This document shows, in pieces, positions 37,639 through 47,625 of a DNA stretch of 64,000 nucleotides; the first letter of the stretch is position 1, and every line of letters begins with the position of its first letter. The stretch lies in the IMG/VR virus record IMGVR_UViG_3300045977_000336, positions 1-64,000 of that record. One strand, given 5' to 3'. The position numbers and the translations under genes are program-made. The notes below the pieces were generated by a model. The model saw only the letters and a program-made list of their open reading frames with translations, had not been told where the DNA came from and did not search any database. This DNA is from a virus.

Positions 37639-38547
37639 TTATTCTGAATCACTTGAGGGTAATACCGCGTCTTCATCATTCTCTACTACCGTGACTTCAG
37701 CGCCGTGGGCCTTCCAGTCCTCCACAAGTGCAAGGCGATACTCTTCGTCTGGCTCTGCCTCACACAAAGTTCCCAATTCAACCCCAATATCAGTTAACGG
37801 GTAACATCCAATTTGTAGCCAGGGTTGAGCATTAATAATATGACGTTTGTCAAAATACGTGGCCTCAAATGGATTATTTTCTTCGGCAACAGTTAGGGCG
37901 GCGTCAGATGTAGCCGATAACAGGCCTAGTGATTGAAGGTGGACAAGGTCAATGAAACCCAGGTCTCGTCGTTTCATAATTTCTGTTGACGCGCCACCGT
38001 ACAGATGAACATATCCATTCCATATATAAGCATTAAAGCGCTGGAATAATTTGGCATCCTCTGGGCTCAGCACCCGAACGGTTTGTAGCGTACGAAGCGA
38101 GAAACTTCCCGGTTCTGCAACTTCCCCAGCAAGCAACTTTGCCCACAGCTGCTGCATTTCATTATTTCCAATATCTTGGGCGTAATTGAAGAATTGAACA
38201 ATCCAATCCTCATCGACTGGTTGATTGTTTACAGACGTCGGCAATTGATCAATTGCTTGGTCAACAATAACATCAATGTTTCGCTGCCGTCTGATTTCCA
38301 GATTCTTCGTACGCTCTTGGGCCTGCTCTGCCAGCAGTTGCAATTCAATTTCACTTTCAGCCTTAATTAAGGCAGCGTCGCCTTCAGCGCGCGCGGCAAC
38401 CCTCAGCGCGTATGCATCAGCGTCCGCTTTGCGGCGAATGCGCTTTGGCTCATACGATGCACCCACCGCTGCTCTTACAGCCTCGATTAACTTGCTGATA
38501 GGCTCAGTTAGATTGAGGTTAATCAAAGAGGATGACGGATCTGGCAT
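37639..38547 (-). CDS. DUF2806-like protein
   Basis: RRQRNI, VDEDWI, MQQLWAKLLAGE..PGSFSLRTL. Confidence 0.85.
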   Translation of the reverse strand: MPDPSSSLINLNLTEPISKLIEAVRAAVGASYEPKRIRRKADADAYALRVAARAEGDAALIKAESEIELQLLAEQAQERTKNLEIRRQRNIDVIVDQAIDQLPTSVNNQPVDEDWIVQFFNYAQDIGNNEMQQLWAKLLAGEVAEPGSFSLRTLQTVRVLSPEDAKLFQRFNAYIWNGYVHLYGGASTEIMKRRDLGFIDLVHLQSLGLLSATSDAALTVAEENNPFEATYFDKRHIINAQPWLQIGCYPLTDIGVELGTLCEAEPDEEYRLALVEDWKAHGAEVTVVENDEDAVLPSSDSE

Positions 38548-38611
38548 TAGACCTCCCAATTTCGCCTTAACCCAGTCGGCGCGCAATCAAAGATTATCGA
38601 TCCCATCGCGA

Positions 38612-41431
38612 TTAGTCCGACTTAATATTGGCGGCTCGCTCCAGATTCAACGCCAGCAGCCGCGCCAGGATTTCATCATCGCTCAGGTCGGTCGGCCAGC
38701 CATAAGCGGCGAAGACGGCCGCGTCGAGTTTTTTGTGCGCGTTGTCGAGCCAGGTTGGCCGCGCATTGTACAGGTTCGTCAGCGTTTGTTTCTTTAACTC
38801 GGCTTCACTCGCGTCTGGTGGGTTAAGCCACGCGTCACGCAACTGAACGAGATCCCGCGCAGCCTCAGCGATAGCCTGCACAAGTGGATTAGTCTTGGGC
38901 TCTTTGCCCGGCGGCCACGGAAAGGCGAACGTTTCAAAAGTGGATGTGGGCGTGTAACGTGTTCCGCTCTCCGCTTCTCGTAGTTGCGTCGCCTTACGAC
39001 GCGACCAAAGTTCATGAATCCTGGAATGCAGTACACCAAAGAAGTAATCGTCATCCCGTGCGACAACGATCACGAGGTTTTCAGGCACAACATTTATGGA
39101 TTGCCATACAAATATACGATGCTTTGATACCATCGGTGTTACTATATACCGCATCAAAGGCGTGATAGCCCTGCGCATTCCGGGCCTGGTATCTCCAAAG
39201 AGCCACCACTTTTTACGATGCGCTGCTCGGCGCACTTTATCCCGTACTGGCTTGACGTGCTTTTTCACATACTCAAATGGCATTTCATATTTGGCCGCTT
39301 CGGCAAGTGGCATATCTGGTCCGAAGTCGATGATCCACATACGCCGCGGATTCTGTGTCACATCGATTGCATTTATCCACGGTTTAACTACATCACTGTT
39401 TGGGCGCTTGTTAGGATTCCCTTTTGTGGCGAGCATTTCTTGAGCTTGTGGCTCAGTCAGATCAAATGGTCCCGACTTCTGAGTGCCAACGAAGCTCAAT
39501 CTCGCATTCTCCGTCAATGTTTCCGCTGTTGTTAGATCAGCAGTGCTCGACAAATCAGAGTTGATATTGCCAACTTGCTTACCGTCTAAAACCCGCTTTC
39601 CTTCCATCCCCTTATCAAACCCTATCATCGCAACATGGACTATGGCACCATCGAGAACCCAGTCTCGATCAGATTCAGCAAAGAAGATATCTCCAGTTTG
39701 CTTGATGCGATCCAGTACCGTCCGATTCAGTCCCCCCCGAATACCTTGCGTTGCGAGCAGACCAACCCTCTGCGTAACGCCCAACTCGATCATACTCCTC
39801 GCCTTCTCAAGCCAATAGCAGACAAGATCGCTTCCGCCGGGAATGCGATCTGTATACAGAGATCTCAATGCATCAACGTATTTATCGCCGAGTTCGCGAC
39901 GCATTTTCCGATCGCCAACGAACGGCGGATTGCCGACGATCACATCGGCAGCCGGCCACTTTGGCTCGGCCGGCTGGCCAGTCTCGTCGAAGGCGAGAAT
40001 GGCATCCATCTGCTGAACTGTATCGATGGGCCTCAAGATCGGCTCGGGTGGAAAGCCAAACCCATTCAGATCGAACCACTGAATATAGCCGATCCAGATG
40101 GTGGTCCGCGCCAGTTCCTGGGCGTATTCGTCCTTCTCGATGCCGTATAATTGCGCCGGCGACGGAGCCACGTCTGGCATCGGCATCAGGCGCGGAAAGC
40201 CTAACTCGGCCATGAGGTTTGAAACTTCTTTCCACAGGTCGAGCAGCGAGACCAGGGCGAGATAGAGAAAATTCCCGCTACCGCAGGCAGGGTCGAGCAC
40301 GGAGGTGTCGGCCAGTTCGGTGGCAAATCCGATTAGCCGATCGCGCAGTTGCTTGTCGAGTTTCGTCTTCTTCGCGCCGGCGGCCGCTTTGCGCTGCGCG
40401 GCCAGGTCGCTGGCCTGCTGCTGCACCTCGGCCCATTTCCGGCGCAGCGGCGCCATGAGCACCGGCTCAAGGATTAAAAGAATATCCTCTTTACTGGTGT
40501 ACTGCGCGCCTAACTGCGCACGCTTTGATGGGTCCAGGCTGCGCACAAACAACGTGCCGAAGATCGACGGCTCAATGCTGGACCAATCGAGGGTACTCAC
40601 CCGCCGCAAGATCTCCAGGCCGTCAGTGTCCAACTCAAATGCAGCCGCATTGTCGAACAGCCGGCCGTTGAAGTATTTGATTTCATCGGCTCCAAAGAAA
40701 CCGCCCGTGGCCATGGCCTGAAAAAGTTGCCGCACCTGGGGCACGAACGTCTTCGGTTTTTGACGGGCCTGTGTCACGATGCGCGTAAACAACCGATCGG
40801 GCAGTAACCCCACGTCCTCGGCAAACAGGCAGAAGAGACAACGGATCAAAAAGTGCGCGGCCTCGTGCGGAGGCGTGCCATATTGGCGCAGCAGCTCGGC
40901 CAACCGGGCAAATTCCGCGGCTGCTTGCTGGGTCACCTGCTCGGTGGTTTGAGCGGCTTTGAAGAAATCGGGATCGTGGAAGACGGCGCGCACTTGGTGC
41001 AAGCCGTCACTCGTGACAAGATCTTTTAGTGTGATCGTGTGGACCTTGTGGACCGTGTTGGTGAAGTTGGTGTGCACCACAATGCGATCCATGTCGCACA
41101 CGACCAGCAGCGGCGGGTTAAGCAGGTCGGAGCGATACTGAAGCAGTTGGCTGTATGCCTTGTCGAGGTTGGCGTGCTTGCCCTTATACTCCCAGCCGAA
41201 GAATCCACGCTTGAAAACATCGGCGAAGCCGTGGCCGCCGTCTTGTTTGGAGGCGCCGTATTCGAATGCGAAGCGCTCACCGGTGGGATCGTCTTCGGCC
41301 GGCGTCGGGTGGCCAATCAGATGGCAGAGGTCGAGGAAGTGTTCCTGGCAAGCAGCCCGTTCTTTGAGTTCGACGTGCCGCCATTTATCGACGAAGGCCT
41401 GCGGGGTCAGGATCGGTGATATACTGGACAT
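38612..41431 (-). CDS. MmeI-like type IIG/IIL restriction-modification enzyme
   Basis: N-terminal AD..WEYK nuclease motif; DPACGSGNF; GNPPF; C-terminal TRD. Confidence 0.9.
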   Translation of the reverse strand: MSSISPILTPQAFVDKWRHVELKERAACQEHFLDLCHLIGHPTPAEDDPTGERFAFEYGASKQDGGHGFADVFKRGFFGWEYKGKHANLDKAYSQLLQYRSDLLNPPLLVVCDMDRIVVHTNFTNTVHKVHTITLKDLVTSDGLHQVRAVFHDPDFFKAAQTTEQVTQQAAAEFARLAELLRQYGTPPHEAAHFLIRCLFCLFAEDVGLLPDRLFTRIVTQARQKPKTFVPQVRQLFQAMATGGFFGADEIKYFNGRLFDNAAAFELDTDGLEILRRVSTLDWSSIEPSIFGTLFVRSLDPSKRAQLGAQYTSKEDILLILEPVLMAPLRRKWAEVQQQASDLAAQRKAAAGAKKTKLDKQLRDRLIGFATELADTSVLDPACGSGNFLYLALVSLLDLWKEVSNLMAELGFPRLMPMPDVAPSPAQLYGIEKDEYAQELARTTIWIGYIQWFDLNGFGFPPEPILRPIDTVQQMDAILAFDETGQPAEPKWPAADVIVGNPPFVGDRKMRRELGDKYVDALRSLYTDRIPGGSDLVCYWLEKARSMIELGVTQRVGLLATQGIRGGLNRTVLDRIKQTGDIFFAESDRDWVLDGAIVHVAMIGFDKGMEGKRVLDGKQVGNINSDLSSTADLTTAETLTENARLSFVGTQKSGPFDLTEPQAQEMLATKGNPNKRPNSDVVKPWINAIDVTQNPRRMWIIDFGPDMPLAEAAKYEMPFEYVKKHVKPVRDKVRRAAHRKKWWLFGDTRPGMRRAITPLMRYIVTPMVSKHRIFVWQSINVVPENLVIVVARDDDYFFGVLHSRIHELWSRRKATQLREAESGTRYTPTSTFETFAFPWPPGKEPKTNPLVQAIAEAARDLVQLRDAWLNPPDASEAELKKQTLTNLYNARPTWLDNAHKKLDAAVFAAYGWPTDLSDDEILARLLALNLERAANIKSD

Positions 41432-41629
41432 ATCGACGTGGACGCTCCGCGTTGATCAAGCCCCGGCTGTTGGTAGCAGTGCGGGGCGTTCTGCTGGCAG
41501 TATAGCACACGCCGGTGATTAGCAGAAATGCGACTGGAGCGCTGACCGCATCTTTTCTCGGAAACACTGGCTTGAATACTACATCGGTCACGCTGTTATG
41601 CCCTACGCCCTCGCTCATTGCCCAGTCTG

Positions 41630-42565
41630 TTACTTGGCCCACTCGGCCTGGTCAACCACGATTTCGTATCTATCATTTGATTGTGTTGGTGCTTTCACTA
41701 TCACCTGGTAGGTAGATAATTGTCCGGGAAAAATGACATCGCTATCTGGTGCTCCATAAACGGTGTTGAGCACATGATTACTATTGTCTTTAATTCGGAG
41801 CAATAACCGTATCCGATCAATTGGCAGATCACATAGATTCTTGAGCGTCCCAGATACCTGTATATTGGCGGCCGTACGTTTCGCTTCGCGTGACATGATC
41901 CCTATACATGTCACTACACTCGTCGATCCGAATCGGTTAATAATGGGCGTTACAGTTGCCGACACAGCGGCCGGGGCGGACTGTATATTTGTCGTCGCCG
42001 GTGCCCTTGGCGCGGCCCAGACGATCATCGCGCCGGTTGCCAATCCACCTAACAATAATACAACTAACACGGCCTGTCGTGCCATTACTGCACCAGCCAT
42101 TGCCCCGGCCATAATCAACCCGAATACCATGATATTTTCAGGCTGAATCGTTATACCGCGCCACACAAGATAGGATATGCTTAATAGCCCGACTCCGGCG
42201 CTTATCAAAACGCCGCGCCTAGGAGTCGCTAGCCGCCCGATAACCAGACCGCCTATGAAGAAGCTGAGCGGATAAGCAAGAAACAAACCAAGATCGATTG
42301 ATGTAGTGAAATCAATCGTGCCCTGCTGATACATCGAGCGAATAATTCCGGTACTGACATAGAACAGAACGCCGGCAACAAACAGGCCCACAAGGGCGGC
42401 CGCCCCTGAGCGCCAGTCAAATCTGATTTTTCCGCTGTCTTTGGCTGTGACTTGCATAGATGGTGTGACCGCAGAGGGCACATGCACACGCAGATCATGT
42501 CCACAATACCGGCAAACAATAGCTGCTTCTTGGATTTCCTCGGCGCAGTAAGGGCAACGCTTCAT
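41630..42565 (-). CDS. Zinc-ribbon membrane protein with C-terminal FxLYD-like Ig domain
   Basis: [13 protein letters not shown]; several TMs; VSGTLKN..IKD. Confidence 0.75.
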   Translation of the reverse strand: MKRCPYCAEEIQEAAIVCRYCGHDLRVHVPSAVTPSMQVTAKDSGKIRFDWRSGAAALVGLFVAGVLFYVSTGIIRSMYQQGTIDFTTSIDLGLFLAYPLSFFIGGLVIGRLATPRRGVLISAGVGLLSISYLVWRGITIQPENIMVFGLIMAGAMAGAVMARQAVLVVLLLGGLATGAMIVWAAPRAPATTNIQSAPAAVSATVTPIINRFGSTSVVTCIGIMSREAKRTAANIQVSGTLKNLCDLPIDRIRLLLRIKDNSNHVLNTVYGAPDSDVIFPGQLSTYQVIVKAPTQSNDRYEIVVDQAEWAK

Positions 42566-42610
42566 GGCTTCCTCCAGGGATTCAAGTGTTATATTTGCTA
42601 TGGTGTCCTC

Positions 42611-43186
42611 CTAGCTCTCGCACCCGATCCCGTCGCCATCCTTGTCAAATCCATGAGGGTCGGGTGGCAGGACCCGGAACTTTTTATGCGGCGCCAGATC
42701 CTTGCAATTCAAATCGGGCGGTGGCGGAGCGATGCAGAAATCTGGATAGGCCGGATCGCAATTCCCCGTCTGCGGCTCAGGCGTCCAGGTCCACGTCGGC
42801 TCCGGCAGCGGCGTATCCGTCGGGATGATGGGCTGTGGGGTGTTCGTAGGGACGATCGGGACTGGCGTGTTGGTCGCCACGATCGGCGCTGATGTGCGCG
42901 TTGGTGCAGGCGGTTTCGTCGGGGCCTTGGTCGATGTGGCCACCACCGTCGCGCTGGGCTGCGGCGTGATAGACGGTCGCGGGGTATCAGTTGCTGCCAG
43001 CGTTGAGGTTGGCAATGGGTGTCGCGTGTCTGTGGGAAGGATCGTCGTCAACGTCGACGCGGGTGTGGCGCTGGCCACCTCAATGACCATCTCGACGGTT
43101 GCCACAGGCGTGGCCGGCGGCCGGTCCGGTACCGCACAGGCGGCGAGTAATGCCGTCACGATTACAGCGAGGGATCTATGTCTCAT
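42611..43186 (-). CDS. Pro/Thr-rich lipoprotein with Excalibur-like Ca-binding C-terminus
   Basis: Lipobox LAAC; CDPAYP..DKDGDGIGCE. Confidence 0.8.
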   Translation of the reverse strand: MRHRSLAVIVTALLAACAVPDRPPATPVATVEMVIEVASATPASTLTTILPTDTRHPLPTSTLAATDTPRPSITPQPSATVVATSTKAPTKPPAPTRTSAPIVATNTPVPIVPTNTPQPIIPTDTPLPEPTWTWTPEPQTGNCDPAYPDFCIAPPPPDLNCKDLAPHKKFRVLPPDPHGFDKDGDGIGCES

Positions 43187-43333
43187 CGTTGGACTCCATC
43201 CAGATTGATGGTCAGACAACAAAACGCGAGAGATAGCCTGTCACCATCTCCCGCCCCCGCTGACTTCAGTGTATTACGATTGCGTCGTTCTGTAAATAAG
43301 TAAAACTACGTAGGACATCCGTTCTGAGTCCTG

Positions 43334-43386
43334 GTGTTTCCGCGGCACCCTATGGCCCGCCGCTGACGGCGGACACGGGCAAACAC
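43334..43386. repeat. Composite element lacking the central palindrome
   Basis: GTGTTTCCGCGGCACC..TGGCCCGCCG..CGGACACGGGCAAACAC; inverted homolog of 47288-47367. Confidence 0.75.
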
Positions 43387-43416
43387 GTCCGGCGCAAGGT
43401 CTCGCCATGAAGAAAG

Positions 43417-43547
43417 GACGGGCCTGACGATAAGCGTCAGACCCGTCACCGTACACCGCTCTCGCGGCTGCCCAGTAGCTTCCTATACTGCCAGGAGGTG
43501 GCTACTGGGCAATTGTGAATCACTCTTACACATGAGCGGTTCACAAT
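43417..43547. repeat. Structured element copy B, ending in candidate attP palindrome (43512-43547)
   Basis: ATTGTGAA..ACTC-TTA-CA-CAT-GAGC..TTCACAAT, just downstream of the integrase stop. Confidence 0.65.
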
Positions 43548-43570
43548 GTCCGATACAGCGGGCCATTCTA

Positions 43571-45094
43571 TCACCGCCCCAGGTTATGCCGGATGGGAAT
43601 GACCTTGGACCGCCCAAAGATCGTCTCGATCACAATGCCCCGCCGGCCGTCGCTCCGCGCCTTCAGCACCACCCGCACCCGCAGCGCCTCCAGCACCTTC
43701 TGCCGCACCACCTCGTCGGGATCGTCCAGCATCTCGCGCAGCTGCTCGGCATTTTCGCTCACCGTCACCCGGGCTTGTTCGTCCAGCGCCGCGTCGCGCT
43801 GATCGGCCTGCTCCCCTGCCCGTTCGGCTTCCAGCGCCTTGATGTCGCGCGATAAGGTCCGGATCTTATCGGCGGCGACCGTCGCCAGTGTCTCGTCGTC
43901 GGAGAAGTCGTCCATCAGCACAGCGATGCGTTTCTTGAGACGCTCGATCTGGCGCTCGATTTCTTCCGCGTGCGCTGGGGGCTGGCGCGTCTTGCGCTTT
44001 TGCTGTGCCTGATGAGTCCCCTGCTCTAGTCGCTCGGGCGTCAGCTGCTCGCGCAGGTGATCCCACACCACCGACTCGATCGACGACCGGTACACCTTGC
44101 CGAAACCGCAGCGGCCAACCACCGTAGCATGGCCCGCAGCCTGCCCTCTCTTTTCGGGGGTACCGGCCACCGGCGCATTCTGCGACGTGCAGCGATACAG
44201 GATCCCGCTCTCGCCGAACATCTTGCGGCCGCAGGCGCACAGCAGCCGGTTCGACAACGCATACTCATGTTTCCGATTGCGCCGCGCGAATTCCTTATTC
44301 TGCGCTTTGAGGCGCTGGGCCAGGTCAAACTGCCTGCGCTCGATGACGGCCAGCTCCGGCAGCGGAATCAGAATGCCGGCGTATTCGATCTCGCCGATGT
44401 AGGCGCGCGTGCTCAGGATGCGCTTGACGGTGCTCCACCACCACACCCCGCCCGTCGGCGACGGTACGCGCTCCCGGTTCAGTGCTTCGGCGATGGCGCG
44501 GATGCCCAAGCGCTTCTGTGTGTAATCATTGAAGATGCGCTGCACGACCTTCAAGACCGCCGGTACTTTCACCAGCCGTGACTCACCTTTGAGTCCCTCT
44601 TTGCGATAACCATACGGCGCATGGCCCCCGCCTGGCCACTTCCCCGCCCGCGCCTTGCCACGCCGCCCGGCGATCGAGCCGCGCACCAGGATGTCGATCT
44701 GGTATTGGCTGAACGCGCCTTCGACGTTACTGGACAGGTTCGCTTCCGGCGTGTCTTCGATCAGACCGCGCGTGGTCGTGTACAGTTGCAACTTGAGCCG
44801 CTTGATCTCACTGCGCAGCGCCAGCTGCACCTCCAGCCCGCGCGAGAGCCGATCCATGACGAACACGACCACGGCCCTAATCCGGCCCTGCTCGGCCAGG
44901 GCCCGCATCGTTCGCACGTCCTTGCGATCGGCCGTGAATCCCGTCTTCGCCTCGGTGACGAATTCGACGATGCGGATCTGGTGCGTATCCGCAAAATTCT
45001 GGATGGCGCGCTTCTGCTCGGGGACCGAATACCCCTGCCGTTCCTGTCTTTTGCTGGAGACCCGGATCATGCCGAGCGCGGGAATCAACGCCAT
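43571..45094 (-). CDS. Large serine recombinase (integrase)
   Basis: IRVSS catalytic motif, DRLSR, APYGY, Zn-ribbon and coiled coil. Confidence 0.95.
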   Translation of the reverse strand: MALIPALGMIRVSSKRQERQGYSVPEQKRAIQNFADTHQIRIVEFVTEAKTGFTADRKDVRTMRALAEQGRIRAVVVFVMDRLSRGLEVQLALRSEIKRLKLQLYTTTRGLIEDTPEANLSSNVEGAFSQYQIDILVRGSIAGRRGKARAGKWPGGGHAPYGYRKEGLKGESRLVKVPAVLKVVQRIFNDYTQKRLGIRAIAEALNRERVPSPTGGVWWWSTVKRILSTRAYIGEIEYAGILIPLPELAVIERRQFDLAQRLKAQNKEFARRNRKHEYALSNRLLCACGRKMFGESGILYRCTSQNAPVAGTPEKRGQAAGHATVVGRCGFGKVYRSSIESVVWDHLREQLTPERLEQGTHQAQQKRKTRQPPAHAEEIERQIERLKKRIAVLMDDFSDDETLATVAADKIRTLSRDIKALEAERAGEQADQRDAALDEQARVTVSENAEQLREMLDDPDEVVRQKVLEALRVRVVLKARSDGRRGIVIETIFGRSKVIPIRHNLGR

Positions 45095-45165
45095 CGCGTT
45101 AATCCTTTCCTTTCACAACGCACATTGACTTTCAGGCTGAACTTGCATTAGAATTTATCTGCCCG

Positions 45166-45372
45166 TTATTCATCGTCCGCCTGCGACGATTGCCCTTGAG
45201 CGGGATCAGGACTATACCCGCCTTGTTCGCTAGTCGCATCTCGATCGTGAGACATGTTCGTCCAGTGTTCAGAGGAATGGGACTCGATAGCGCGCGTGAG
45301 TGAGAACAAGGGCGGCGGAGGCGGCTGCGGCGGAACGACTTCAGGTTCAGGTGGTTTTTCATCGTCGGTCAT
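45166..45372 (-). CDS. Pro-rich acidic peptide
   Basis: GAGG RBS; MTDDEKPPEPEVVPPQPPPPP. Confidence 0.45.
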   Translation of the reverse strand: MTDDEKPPEPEVVPPQPPPPPLFSLTRAIESHSSEHWTNMSHDRDATSEQGGYSPDPAQGQSSQADDE

Positions 45373-45393
45373 GCAAACCTCATAAGGAGCCGG

Positions 45394-45882
45394 ATGGATA
45401 ACATTGACGGTCTTAAGGTCGGTGTCGAAGAGATGAATCGCAATCTCAAATTGCAGTATGAAGGCATTGATTCGCTCAAGGCGACGGCGCGTTCCGTGCT
45501 TTCAGCAGCCAGCCTGATCACAGGCCTGATGTCGCTGCTCCAACTGGCCCGGCCGACGATTCAACCTGACTACGTCGCCTTGTTCAACCTGGGCATCGTC
45601 CTCACCCTCATACTGTACGTACTGTTAATTGGCGCCTGTCTGGCCGCGATTTCAGCCCTGACGCTGAAAGCGCCCGTCGCCGCCGATTGGGTCGTGATTC
45701 AAAGATTCTTCGGCGGTAAGACCGGTACTGAGCTTATGAACCTGCAAATCTCCGCCCTGCTCCACGCCATCACCACCAACGAGCCGATAATTGCGCGTCA
45801 GCGCCGCCTGGTGATCATCGCCTGTATTCTGCTGCCGATCATTGTTGTGATCCTGCTAGGGCTTAGCCTCATTCCACGGTAG
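45394..45882 (+). CDS. Three-TM membrane protein
   Basis: TAAGGAG RBS; three hydrophobic segments; opposite strand to neighbours. Confidence 0.75.
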   Translation: MDNIDGLKVGVEEMNRNLKLQYEGIDSLKATARSVLSAASLITGLMSLLQLARPTIQPDYVALFNLGIVLTLILYVLLIGACLAAISALTLKAPVAADWVVIQRFFGGKTGTELMNLQISALLHAITTNEPIIARQRRLVIIACILLPIIVVILLGLSLIPR

Positions 45883-46001
45883 TCAGCAGTTCGCTCCATC
45901 TCGACCTTAGCCATGGCCCGCACGCGCGGCCCCTTAATTCCAGGGAAAAAGTAGAAGTCGATGATTTCAATGTTTCGGATTGCGCTCATCGTTTTGTACC
46001 C

Positions 46002-46616
46002 TCAATCACTCAACCAGGTCCAGGTCCCGCAGTCTTCCGTCTCAAATTGAAAATCGCTGGCCAGCAGATAAGCCGTGCCCCCACCCGCGCCAAAATGATT
46101 GTCGATAATGTCGCCCGTCATGGTCGAGCGTTCCCAATAACAATTGTCGGTGGTGCCGTCGTTACGCCAGAGGCCGGGCGCCATATCGACCCCGACGATA
46201 TAGAAGCCGTCGCCGTGCGGCAGTTTCATCTCGGCCTCCACCATCGCTTCGGCGGTGGCCCGGATGCTGGTCGCCTTGGCCCTGGCCGTGGCCGTGGCCT
46301 GCGCGATCGCAGCCTGGGCGGTGCTCGTGACTTGTGCCGGCGGCAGCGTCGGCGTGGCCGTGAATTTTGGCGTCGGCGTCGGCCTCGGTGTCACCTCGAC
46401 GATGCGTGTCACCTCGGCCAGGACGGTCACCTCAATGGCGATCGTCGGAGCGGGGGTGTAGGTCGGCGGCGGCGTATAGGTCGGATAAGGCGTCGCCTCC
46501 TTGGCCAGCGCGGTGACTTGAGCGACGACAGTGGATTGAATCTGTTCAGGTGAAACACTGGGAGCACATCCGACGATAAGGACAACGACGAAGATCGCAA
46601 TCAGCCACTGCTTCAC
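46002..46616 (-). CDS. Pro/Thr-rich lipoprotein
   Basis: Lipobox IVGC; TPYPTYTP; DG.Y.VG.D..PG..CYWER C-domain. Confidence 0.85.
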   Translation of the reverse strand: MKQWLIAIFVVVLIVGCAPSVSPEQIQSTVVAQVTALAKEATPYPTYTPPPTYTPAPTIAIEVTVLAEVTRIVEVTPRPTPTPKFTATPTLPPAQVTSTAQAAIAQATATARAKATSIRATAEAMVEAEMKLPHGDGFYIVGVDMAPGLWRNDGTTDNCYWERSTMTGDIIDNHFGAGGGTAYLLASDFQFETEDCGTWTWLSD

Positions 46617-46655
46617 GTCTTCCTTTCTTTCTCCCCCGCGTTAAGATCGTTTCGG

Positions 46656-47258
46656 TTAAGGCGTGATCAGCAGACGTGTGACGAACTGCTCGTCTGTCAG
46701 TCGCCCTGCGCTGAAATCAACCAAATCCTGCCAGGTTCCCGCCACGGTCTGCTTTGGATTCAGTTTCGCATCGCGCATGATGATATTGAACGCAAATAGA
46801 TCCGGCTCCAGCGCAGGCTTCTGGCTAAGAAAGCCGGCCAGCAGCCCCACCACCGACCCCGCCGCATTCGCGTCATATACCTCGCCAGTATGTTTAGCCT
46901 CCACGTGCAAAATGGTCCGTGGTCCCTTGGCGCCGTCTTCATAGCGCACGTCGATGATGGCGATCGAGGTCTCATCCAGTTTGGCGAGTAAGGCCGTCAG
47001 GCTCTTCAGCAGCTGCGCCTCGTCGAGCATCTTCGGCGCTTTCGGCGTGGCCGTGGCGCGTGGCGTCGCTGTGGCGGCGCTAGTCGCCGTGGGGGCCGCC
47101 GTCGGCGTCGCGCTGGGGCGTGGGACATCCGTTGGCGTCGTCTGTGCTGTCACTGGCGCAACGACAGTGGATTGAATTTGTTCAGGTGAAACACTGGGAG
47201 CACAGCCAACTATGAGTGCGAGGCAGACTACCACCGGGCACAGCGTCAAGCGCTTCAT
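46656..47258 (-). CDS. Pro/Thr-rich lipoprotein sharing its N-terminus with the neighbour
   Basis: IVGCAPSVSPEQIQSTVVA is identical in both. Confidence 0.8.
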   Translation of the reverse strand: MKRLTLCPVVVCLALIVGCAPSVSPEQIQSTVVAPVTAQTTPTDVPRPSATPTAAPTATSAATATPRATATPKAPKMLDEAQLLKSLTALLAKLDETSIAIIDVRYEDGAKGPRTILHVEAKHTGEVYDANAAGSVVGLLAGFLSQKPALEPDLFAFNIIMRDAKLNPKQTVAGTWQDLVDFSAGRLTDEQFVTRLLITP

Positions 47259-47287
47259 GCGTTGCCATCTTTCTCCCCCGCGCTGAA

Positions 47288-47367
47288 TGTTTGCCCGTGT
47301 CCAGTGTTTGCCCGTGTCCGGTGTTTCCGTGGAAACACCGGCGGGCCACTAGGTGCCGCGGAAACAC
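47288..47367. repeat. Composite element containing parS/NBS-like palindrome copy 4 (47322-47337)
   Basis: TGTTTGCCCGTGTCC twice, then GGTGTTTCCGTGGAAACACC. Confidence 0.85.
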
Positions 47368-47546
47368 TACGCGGACGCCCTAATCCCCATTATCGTCAGT
47401 TGATCTTTGGGCGGCGGATTCGTCCGCTCGTCCCTGGACACCCGCCGTGGCCGGAACAGCCAACGCCAAAACACCCTCCAACCGACGTAGACCTGTTGAG
47501 CGAAACCGAGCTTGGATAGCATGGCTTTGAATTCGTGGTCGCTCAT
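47367..47546 (-). CDS. 59-aa protein, paralog of 47626-47838 (not in ORF track)
   Basis: MSDHEFKAMLSKLGFAQQVYVGWRVFWRWLFRP...; GGAG RBS. Confidence 0.7.
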   Translation of the reverse strand: MSDHEFKAMLSKLGFAQQVYVGWRVFWRWLFRPRRVSRDERTNPPPKDQLTIMGIRASA

Positions 47547-47625
47547 GTTTTGGACTCCTACGGGCGCAGCTTTCCGCTGGGCCCTCTCTCCATCACGGCG
47601 CCCAGCCTCTTCCCCTGCCCGTATC

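Noticed and set aside
41555-41570. Additional ParB-type palindrome (CGGAAACAC)
   Set aside because: Only a half-site; the left arm does not match.
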